Assembly (NCBI GenBank): GCA_030264375.1
Contig: JASCQW010000081.1
Location: 36,129,292-36,190,630 of the forward strand
DNA: 61,339 nt
Source: Carcharhinus longimanus
Taxonomy: Eukaryota
Reading direction: 5' to 3'
Shown here: piece after piece, positions 57,601 through 61,339 of the stretch
Numbering within the stretch: position 1 is the first letter of the stretch
How the letters are laid out: the number at the start of each line of letters is the position of its first letter
The notes under the pieces: generated by a model
Seen by the model: only the letters and a program-made list of their open reading frames with translations
The model's database searches: none
Told to the model about the DNA's origin: nothing
Position numbers and translations under genes: made by a program

Positions 57601-58904
57601 CTGGGGCGCTCTTCATCTTATTTGAGTGTTGAATTTATTTCTTTAGTATTTGTGATTGTGCTTCAAAAATTTGTTGTTTGTATTTGTAAAGCGCTATCTA
57701 AATGCAAATTCATTAATTCCTAATTCACAGGAGTAAAATTTAAATTTGTTATATCAAATCATACAATTAAAATTCTATCAAAAAATACATTTTTTCACAT
57801 GCCATATCTATTAACCAACGTTTTACGATGTATGAAGATCTTAGTTGTAGTAAAAAAAAAGTGCTTTAAATTAGCATAATGCTTATTAATAAGAAATATT
57901 AGAGATATGAGAAATACAGTGATTTAAAATTGAGGGAAGCAGTGCTGGTATATTGGAGCTTTCATACAAAACGCGTGAAGCAGATTCAAGTTTCTCTCAT
58001 CATTTGAGTTTTTGATTTCAATTATGTCTCTTTGAAATGCCAGGTGTTTTCTGTCTCTGGTGTGGAAATGCTGAATGCAGAGCATACATCTTTCTGATTC
58101 TGTGCAGTTTCTATTGACTGTTAGTGAACCATTTTACCTTTTCTAGATTTTAGAAAAACATGTTGGAAAAGTGTGTACTTTCATTAGTAAAAACCCAATA
58201 CCCATCATCTGCAAAACACTCACGATCAGGATTTCATTTGCTATGTGAAATGTCAGATGAGTAACTTCTCATTTTTATCTTATCATTGTTACAATGTTTC
58301 ATAATAATGTCAGCTTTTGCTTGGTAGCTGAGTTCCTTAGGCAATATAGCATAGTGTGTGATTGGAGATGTTTGTTTTGTGACAGGTTGTAATCCGAAAT
58401 GGAGCAATAAAGAAGTTTATAAAAATATGCTAAGTAATTATAAGGAAATGATTAATTTGGTAAAATAATCTTTCAATGTAACTGATGTAATGAGGGAAAT
58501 ACTTGAATGGTTTTGCAAATCAGTTTTAGCTTGAAAAATGTTTTAACTCTTGATTATTGAGTTTTTCCAAATGATAGGTATATCATTTGAATGATTCCAC
58601 TTAAAATTAAAGAGGAAATTATCTAACTGGCTACATCCTTCTGGTCACCCTTTTGCCTTATGAACAAACTATAACTGAATTTGTTAAGACTTGCCCATCT
58701 GGTCGTCAACATACTCTTGGGGCTTCATATAGTAAGGCTGGGAGCAAGTTTGAACATGCTCTTCCCTGATTCTGTTGTTTTTGTCTCCACTCTTGCAGTG
58801 CCCTACAGGAGTCATTAAATCAAAACTTCATGTTGATCATTACACATCGAGAAGCCCAACGGGATTATAGCCTGAACTTTCCGGGCACCAGAACTGTACA
58901 AGAG
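559..58904 (+). CDS. FAF1: FAF1 (Fas-associated factor 1), partial gene: coding exons 1-7, 3' exons lie outside the window
   Basis: Joining 559-600, 5216-5284, 18693-18739, 22016-22221, 28375-28466, 32003-32106 and 58799-58904 gives one open frame MAAMDREMILADFQACTGIENIDEAITLLEQNNWDLVAAINGIIPQENGILQS...QPRMLNFRVEYRDRNVEVVVED...LHLPKNNSLYVLTPD...ALQESLNQNFMLIITHREAQRDYSLNFPGTRTVQE. This closely matches the human FAF1 N-terminus as I recall it. All introns are GT-AG with compatible phases. Confidence 0.98.
1790..2092 (+). mobile_element. CR1/HER1 LINE 3' fragment, decayed
   Basis: Typical CR1 3' end (…aggggacacaaatttaagatt…gtggtaatgatctggaact…atgggccgaa…ggcctc). Confidence 0.75.
2775..3960 (-). 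mobile_element. L2 LINE 3' remnants, interrupted by a tRNA-SINE head (~3312-3395)
   Basis: L2-type tail on minus strand (tgtatagtgcctttaa…cccaaggcactt), decayed G-rich L2 body; SINE head gaggcagtggcatag…ggtttgaattc. Confidence 0.6.
4903..5026. other. assembly gap (124 N)
   Basis: Run of N. Confidence 1.
5216..5284 (+). CDS. FAF1: FAF1 exon 2 (ACTGIENIDEAITLLEQNNWDLV), UBA domain
   Basis: Acceptor ttgtag|GCA, donor GTG|gtaagt, 69 nt, peptide identical to recalled human FAF1. Confidence 0.98.
5670..7230 (+). mobile_element. scattered L2 LINE remnants (~5670-5990 and ~6780-7230)
   Basis: RT C-terminal remnant ALVASRLDSC (L2 consensus ..SRLDYCN) and L2 tail (…ccttggggttctttattatgttaaaggtactata). 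Confidence 0.55.
7920..9330 (+). mobile_element. old CR1 LINE fragment containing a younger opposite-strand CR1 (~8505-8780, spanning gap 8582-8681)
   Basis: Decayed RT motifs on + strand; inner copy encodes LIVDKSPGPDGMH and has the tail agaacataagaaataggagcagg on the minus strand. Confidence 0.75.
9345..10260 (-). mobile_element. CR1/L2-group LINE 3' remnants (same family as 40740-41800)
   Basis: Shares …ctgccttgaactgctgcagtccatgtg… and peptide remnant TIQNKSAHLIGT with the 41343-41768 region. Confidence 0.65.
10268..10676 (+). mobile_element. CR1 LINE 3' fragment, decayed
   Basis: CR1 3' end motifs ending …ggcctccgatgctgtatcattctatga. Confidence 0.65.
11680..12045 (-). mobile_element. 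HE1-like V-SINE (tRNA head) with type-B tail, spans gap 11746-11845
   Basis: Reverse complement reads cacagtggttagcactactgcctc…gggacctgggttcaattc and V-domain; tail …gcctacttgggacactaataataaa. Confidence 0.85.
12385..12760 (-). mobile_element. CR1 LINE RT fragment
   Basis: ORF remnant IYINDMDEGIRCMVAKFAVDT (decayed FADD motif). Confidence 0.85.
13453..15520 (-). mobile_element. CR1/HER1 LINE, ~1.6-kb 3' portion, interrupted by Rex1 insertion
   Basis: Remnants SQHGFTKGKSCWTNLLEFFEDVT…VYLDFQRAF and DKSPRPDIRHPRILKE…PTDWRVADV. Confidence 0.92.
14705..15123 (-). mobile_element. Rex1/Babar LINE 3' fragment nested in CR1
   Basis: Reverse-complement similarity to 40230-40620; flanked by ATTGGT duplication (14699-14704, 15124-15129). 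Confidence 0.85.
15570..16100 (-). mobile_element. CR1 LINE 3' end
   Basis: LGLYLMEFRRMRGYLIETYTILEGLDSVD…GHSLRI and CR1 tail. Confidence 0.9.
16410..17240 (+). mobile_element. CR1 LINE 3' fragment, decayed
   Basis: Decayed RT C-terminus and tail (…gatcaatcatgatctcattgaatg). Confidence 0.7.
18693..18739 (+). CDS. FAF1: FAF1 exon 3 (AAINGIIPQENGILQ-S)
   Basis: Acceptor tttgcag|GCT, donor AG|gtaagc, 47 nt, ends in phase 2. Confidence 0.97.
18965..19970 (-). mobile_element. Penelope-like element remnant (GIY-YIG endonuclease and terminal repeat)
   Basis: Minus strand ~19510-19600 reads roughly IHCSQCGLL*IR…GDHLVEH, compared with the Penelope-type IRCSQCGLLYIGET…LGDRFAEH; terminal sequence with decayed hammerhead core at 19033-19060. 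Confidence 0.8.
20640..20930 (-). mobile_element. HE1 V-SINE with CR1/HER1-type tail
   Basis: tRNA head, V-domain, tail reverse complement …ggcttccttctgcactgtagggattctacga. Confidence 0.9.
22016..22221 (+). CDS. FAF1: FAF1 exon 4 (Ser/Pro-rich linker and start of UBL1: ...RPIVERQPRMLNFRVEYRDRNVEVVVEDTNTV-G)
   Basis: Acceptor tttgcag|T, donor G|gtaaga, 206 nt, phase 2 to phase 1. Confidence 0.97.
22336..22793. mobile_element. Tc1/mariner (Tigger-like) non-autonomous DNA transposon remnant
   Basis: TA followed by CAGGT…aaatcc…gaaaactggaattgtcc; imperfect inverted end …ggaaattggatattagatctg. Confidence 0.5.
23195..23590 (+). mobile_element. CR1 LINE 3' end
   Basis: cagaggaggctaaggagtgacctaattgag… through …ggctaaatggcctctttctgcattgtatcatttctatg. 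Confidence 0.8.
23915..24097 (+). mobile_element. DeuSINE (SacSINE1/AmnSINE-like) Deu-domain fragment
   Basis: ggtgtcctggacaatatttatccctcaa…gtcacattaatgtttgtgggag…ggctgtgaagcattttgagatgtc matches recalled SacSINE1. Confidence 0.7.
24403..24720 (+). mobile_element. U2 snRNA-headed retroposed element (U2 nt 12-38, 268-nt insert ending in oligo-A, U2 nt 39-47, poly-A)
   Basis: Matches to U2 at 24405-24431, 24505-24525 and 24700-24708; flanking direct repeat AACTGAGT at 24395-24402 and 24719-24726. Confidence 0.85.
25789..26766. mobile_element. probable solo LTR (Gypsy-type) with an HE1-like SINE inserted
   Basis: Starts tattatga (decayed TGTTATGA), ends tcatcaca; no TSD recognised. Confidence 0.4.
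26470..26748 (+). mobile_element. HE1-like V-SINE, type-B tail
   Basis: gtggctcagtggttgatactgctgcctc…; tail ggattttcacagtaac…gcctacttgtggcact; internal 13-bp tandem duplication gctggccgggtgc. Confidence 0.85.
26994..27281 (+). mobile_element. HE1-like V-SINE, type-B tail
   Basis: gcagtggttagcattgctgtttcacagcgccagggacccgggtttgattt…; tail ttttcacagtaac…acttgtgacactaataaataaa. Confidence 0.9.
28375..28466 (+). CDS. FAF1: FAF1 exon 5 (GAIKQILENELQIPLSQMQLKGWKSTDVSDS), UBL1
   Basis: Acceptor cctacag|GT, donor AGT|gtaagt, 92 nt, phase 1 to phase 0. Confidence 0.97.
28990..29310 (-). mobile_element. tRNA-derived SINE (same family as 46803-47165)
   Basis: Reverse-complement similarity to 46860-47130; tail shared with the LINE at 40740-41800. 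Confidence 0.8.
29520..29880 (+). mobile_element. CR1/L2-group LINE 3' fragment
   Basis: Similar to 41420-41795. Confidence 0.75.
30172..30800 (-). mobile_element. CR1 3' end (30172-30600) directly abutting an HE1 SINE head and body (30605-30800)
   Basis: Both on the minus strand with no spacer. Confidence 0.8.
32003..32106 (+). CDS. FAF1: FAF1 exon 6 (TILRSLHLPKNNSLYVLTPDIVQPGSDGPATSQS-S)
   Basis: Acceptor ctgtag|ACT, donor AG|gtaagc, 104 nt, phase 0 to phase 2. Confidence 0.97.
33590..35510 (+). mobile_element. CR1/HER1 LINE, ~1.9-kb ORF2 3' portion with tail
   Basis: ORF 34479-34895 contains ISKFADDTK…WTDKCQMKFNPEK…MHFGRSN; many frameshifts. Confidence 0.93.
35560..36570 (+). mobile_element. 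Gypsy (Gmr1-like) LTR retrotransposon gag remnant with SCAN-like domain
   Basis: ~36220-36400 reads YELVLEKYKQMFSNLLKRLNQAFVAFAIEKEMVFDR*…EFKKC, resembling YELVPEAYRQKFR…QTYVEFAREKE..FDRW…LEEFK. Confidence 0.7.
36625..37345 (-). mobile_element. HE1 SINE split by a young CpG-rich CR1 insertion (~36716-37205, spanning gap 36803-36902)
   Basis: SINE tail 36625-36715 and SINE body 37206-37345; insert encodes CR1 ORF2 LNWGKASYSRIRRELQDTDWEGLL…REPWIT. Confidence 0.85.
37467..37500. mobile_element. hAT (Charlie-like) terminal fragment
   Basis: CAGGGGTTCCCAAAC terminus; partner end not found. Confidence 0.4.
37715..37808. repeat. degenerate (GT)n/(GA)n microsatellite
   Basis: gagagtgagagagaggtgtgtgtgtgtgcgcg. 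Confidence 0.8.
38118..38425 (-). mobile_element. HE1 V-SINE, CR1-type tail
   Basis: Well-preserved head, V-domain and tail. Confidence 0.92.
38647..38942 (-). mobile_element. HE1 V-SINE, CR1-type tail
   Basis: tagaatcatagaatccctacagtgaagaaggaggcc… to …gcagtgctaaccactgtg. Confidence 0.88.
39868..40625 (+). mobile_element. Rex1/Babar LINE 3' portion
   Basis: EYRKEIENLVNWC…LSLNV…FRK and TLSNFYRCTIESILSGCIIAWY; tail …gtgtgacgataatgaa. Confidence 0.9.
40735..41800 (+). mobile_element. CR1/L2-group LINE RT and 3' tail
   Basis: VLGSIIFSCFINDL, decayed FADD region, WNSLP motif, tail gggcaataaatgctg…cacatccc. Confidence 0.85.
42170..42948 (+). mobile_element. CR1 LINE 3' end
   Basis: VQKRFTRLLP remnant, tail …gggccaaaggtcctg…tgttctatgttct. 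Confidence 0.88.
43318..43536 (-). pseudogene. decayed Myb/SANT-like reading frame, probably from a Harbinger transposon
   Basis: 72-codon stop-to-stop frame VALPFAFTNSEVEELVFLLKEVVQQRTLALF…TAWRK…GIRRNT with Myb_DNA-bind_5-like pattern. Confidence 0.5.
44135..44153 (+). promoter_or_regulatory. CTCF-like motif
   Basis: TGGCCACTAGGTGGTGT versus consensus TGGCCACYAGRKGGCGC; not within a recognised repeat. Confidence 0.5.
45175..45975 (-). mobile_element. CR1/L2-group LINE tail interrupted by a CR1 3' end (~45237-45811)
   Basis: TTGAGAA duplicated at 45230-45236 and 45812-45818; insert encodes RPHLEYCVHCWSPYL. Confidence 0.8.
46290..46730 (-). mobile_element. L2 LINE remnant
   Basis: Decayed L2 3' region (…gagcatagggcctaggcagctaaa…). 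Confidence 0.55.
46803..47165 (+). mobile_element. tRNA-derived SINE
   Basis: A box TGGCTCAGTGG, B box GGTTCGAATCC, internal ~31-bp duplication of ggaaggaaatctgccattc, A-rich end. Confidence 0.88.
47960..48800 (-). mobile_element. L2 LINE remnant with a + strand HE1 SINE (48213-48522) inserted
   Basis: L2-like flanks; SINE gtggcaaagtggttagcattgctgcctcacag…ctgcactgtagattctacgattcta. Confidence 0.75.
48820..48980 (-). mobile_element. SINE fragment with internal hairpin CTCTCCCCTT-TG-AAGGGGAGAG
   Basis: B-box-like reverse complement of ggattgaacc; 10-bp inverted repeat. Confidence 0.55.
49643..49794 (+). mobile_element. short Penelope-derived terminal-repeat insertion
   Basis: ctctctccacagat…gacctgctg…ttttccagcattttctgttttt; flanked by ATGTTGACAA direct repeat (49633-49642, 49795-49804). 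Confidence 0.75.
50450..53125 (-). mobile_element. old CR1 LINE, ~2.7 kb with small internal insertions
   Basis: Tail at 50450; remnants YLDFQKA…WIDDWLTNSKQ; endonuclease-region remnants toward 52600-53100. Confidence 0.85.
53210..53982 (+). mobile_element. CR1 LINE 3' end
   Basis: DKCVVMRFGR remnant, tail tgttctttgttctttgtt. Confidence 0.88.
54440..54998 (+). mobile_element. CR1 LINE 3' end
   Basis: RPHLGYCVQLWPPYLRNDVLAIEGVQQR…LIETYKI. Confidence 0.9.
55262..55560 (-). mobile_element. young CR1 LINE: 3' tail and ORF1 fragment on either side of gap 55337-55436
   Basis: Tail (AGAACAT)n…aggcccttcggcccacga left of the gap; ORF1-type LRVKELELELEELQTIREAEADIDRSY right of it. Confidence 0.8.
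57520..57712 (+). mobile_element. highly decayed DeuSINE remnant
   Basis: gcattgtcagaagtgcc…ggatgaaatgttaaactgggg and tail aaagcgctatctaaatgcaa. Confidence 0.45.
58799..58904 (+). CDS. FAF1: FAF1 exon 7 (ALQESLNQNFMLIITHREAQRDYSLNFPGTRTVQE), start of UBL2
   Basis: Pyrimidine tract and ttgcag|T acceptor, donor GAG|gtgagt, 106 nt, phase 2 to phase 0. Confidence 0.97.
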
Positions 58905-59924
58905 GTGAGTTACATTGGTGTTGGGAAGTACAAATAGCTCATTATCACCAATAGAAGCTCTGCTAAAGAGGTTCTAATCTTTTGCTAATTATCACACAAA
59001 CTTCTGATTTCTTGTTCACTTGTCTTAAAGCTGTGGTAAGAACTTTAAAGATGTTGTGTTATCTTTATTGAAAGACAAAGTTAGCTGAGCTGTTGGATGC
59101 TTTTATTAGTGTGGCAGAACATCAGTCCCAGATCAGGTGGGGGCAACCTCAAAATAAACTTGTTAGATTTACCAAGGCTGGCGGTCCAGGAGTTAAAACA
59201 GCTAATATAGCCTGAGCCGTTACTACTAACCATGCTTTTATTGCGTGCTATCCAAGGTGAAACCTGACTGAGTCTATATTTCTGTGTTTTGTTTTTAATG
59301 CAGTGTTTTTGAGGAGTCTTATACGAATGGTTTGATCTATTATTACTTCAGGTTTCCAGTAGCTTTCATGCATGTGTTTATTAAAATGTTGCCATGAGAT
59401 TTTTGGTAGTTCTTTTGTCATTTTACATACTGCAAAAAAAAAGCTCAATTTTAAAATTGGATTATTGCAACTATTATATTCGGCTACAGATTATTTTGCT
59501 TGGATTGATAACTATTGGTTCCAGTAAGATCTTCAATTTCTTGCATCCTTTTGAAATTTAATTGCTCTTATCAATTATTGCAAAAAGATTACTGATTCAA
59601 ACATTATCTAATAACACTAATTTAAATAGAACTGGATAGCACATGTTCATTTCATTATATTAATAACTGTTTGAAAGAACTGACCTTGTGCTCCTAAATG
59701 AAAATAAAATTAAAATTCCAAATGTCTGATTTTTTTTTTGGAAGCTTGGTCAGTGCAATAAATCTGTGAAGGCACGTTCCACAACTTGGGGATTTTAATA
59801 CTGCCTCGCTGACCTCAGTACAGAAAATTTAAGCTGGTTGTTGGTTGCTTAATTTCCCTATTTAGTAAAGGAGCAATCTCTCTTCTGATAATTTCACAGA
59901 CCACAAATGATTTCATTTTGTTAT

Positions 59925-60060
59925 AATAAAGGTAAAATATTGTGGATGCTAGAAATCGGAAATAAAAATAGAAAATGCTGGAAAAATCCAGCCGGTCTGG
60001 CAGCATCAGTAGACAGAGAAACTGAGCTAATGTTTTGAGTCTATATGACTCTTCTTCAAA
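59925..60060 (-). mobile_element. Penelope-derived terminal-repeat fragment
   Basis: ggatgctagaaatcggaaataaaaatagaaaatgctggaaaaatccagccggtctggcagcatc; related fragments at ~9470, ~54285 and ~61135. Confidence 0.75.
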
Positions 60061-60351
60061 TTTATTTTATTGTTTGTATTCTTCACTCTGTTTCGCCTCC
60101 TCTTTGAAGACTTTTACTCCTTGCTGCATTATGGTTCTAAGGATACTGACCATGCACCTCACTCAAATAATTACTATTCATCTGTGAACCATAATGGTGA
60201 ACATCAGTAATTTTTTTTATAACTAAGCTTAATCTTGTTCTCATTCAGTGTCCACATATGCGCACTTTTATCAGGGCACCACAGGAATTTAATGTTCATT
60301 CATCCAGGATGGTTAAAGGCATTAAGCACATTTCTAATTGCTATCATCACC

Positions 60352-60610
60352 ATGCCTGGCTTGGGAAACTGTGTGGAGTTTACATGTTCTCCCTGTGTCT
60401 GTGTGGGTTTCCTCCAGGTGCTCCGGCTTCCTCCCACGTGCAGGTTAGGTGGATTGGCCATGCTAAATTATCCCTTAGTGTCAGGGGGATTAACTAGGGT
60501 AAACGCGTGGATTATGGGGATAGGGTCTGAGTGGGATTGTGGTTGGTGCAGACTTAGTAGGCTGAATGGCCTCCTTCTGCACTGTAGGGAGTCTGATTTC
60601 TATGATTCTG
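60352..60610 (+). mobile_element. 5'-truncated HE1 V-SINE, CR1-type tail
   Basis: V-domain and …atggcctccttctgcactgtaggg…tatgattct. Confidence 0.88.
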
Positions 60611-61210
60611 TTCTTCAGCTGATTTCATTCCTGTGCATCAACTTTGCCCAATCTTCAGAGAAAGGCAACTTAAATGCTAGAAACATGGCTCAGTTTAAAA
60701 ATTGTATTCTTCACCCACATAGATGTCCAAACAAGCCTCCAATACATGTTTTATTTCCCAGAACCTTGTACTCTTACTTTCCATATGCTGCGATCACCTC
60801 GTTTTACAGAAATCCATCTAATGAGAGCTTAAATTTAAGATCCTTACCCAAAGACTGAAGACAGAGTTTAGGAGAATACTTTCTCATGCAGTGGGTTGTT
60901 ATCCAGTGAGGGAAGCAGAATTCGTAAAACAGTTTTGAAAAGGAAATGGATAAATATTTGAAAAAAAAAATTTGGGAAAAGGGCAAGGGAATAAAAGAAA
61001 ATGGATAGCACTTTGAGAGCTGGCACAGATCCTAATTGATTTCTTCCTCAACTGCAAATTTCTGTGGTACATTGAAATGGTCTGCAACTTTTAGTTAATG
61101 AAGGAGCTTGTTTTAGCAACATTCCAGAATAGTAATAAAAACACAAAATACCGGAATGACTCAGCAAATTTATAGCATCTGTGGTGAGAGAAGCAGAGTT
61201 ACTGTTTCGA

Positions 61211-61339
61211 GTCTGTCTGACTCACCCTCTCTCGTCTGTCTGACTCACCCTCTCTCGTCTGTCTGACTCTCTCTCTCTCTCTCTCGTCTGCCTGACTCTC
61301 TCTCTCTCTCTCTCGTCTGTCTGACTCTCTCTCTCTCTC
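61211..61339. repeat. minisatellite GTCTGTCTGACTC plus expanding (CT)n
   Basis: About five units: two of 23 nt, later units with longer CT runs; runs to the window end. Confidence 0.95.

Noticed and set aside
60235-60858. 207-aa ORF, the longest in the track
   Set aside because: Runs through an HE1 SINE; no recognisable protein
61211-61339. CRISPR-like repeat-spacer array
   Set aside because: Eukaryotic locus and the spacers are just CT runs

Overview
Vertebrate genomic DNA, almost certainly from an elasmobranch (shark), judged by HE1-type V-SINEs, HER1/CR1 LINEs, a SacSINE1-like DeuSINE and shark-type Penelope remnants. The window holds the promoter and coding exons 1-7 of FAF1 (Fas-associated factor 1, a p97/VCP UBX adaptor) on the + strand. 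All splice sites are GT-AG and the phases join into one reading frame encoding the UBA domain, UBL1 and the start of UBL2; the gene continues past the window. The introns are full of decayed and nested retroelements (CR1, L2, Rex1/Babar, Penelope, Gypsy/Gmr1, several SINEs) and a few DNA-transposon remnants, with five assembly gaps. The most unusual object is a ~315-bp retroposed unit at 24403-24720. In it the 5' end of U2 snRNA is split exactly between nt 38 and 39 (the Keno/Utopia target site as I recall it) by a short, non-coding, highly structured insert that carries a second U2 copy, and the unit is flanked by an 8-bp direct repeat. Other leads are a pre-miRNA-sized hairpin just after exon 6, hammerhead-ribozyme remnants in Penelope ends, a V-SINE with two different LINE tails, a candidate poison exon, and repeat-free blocks that look like conserved non-coding elements. 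All repeat-family calls are from recall and hand alignment, not database searches, and repeat boundaries are approximate.
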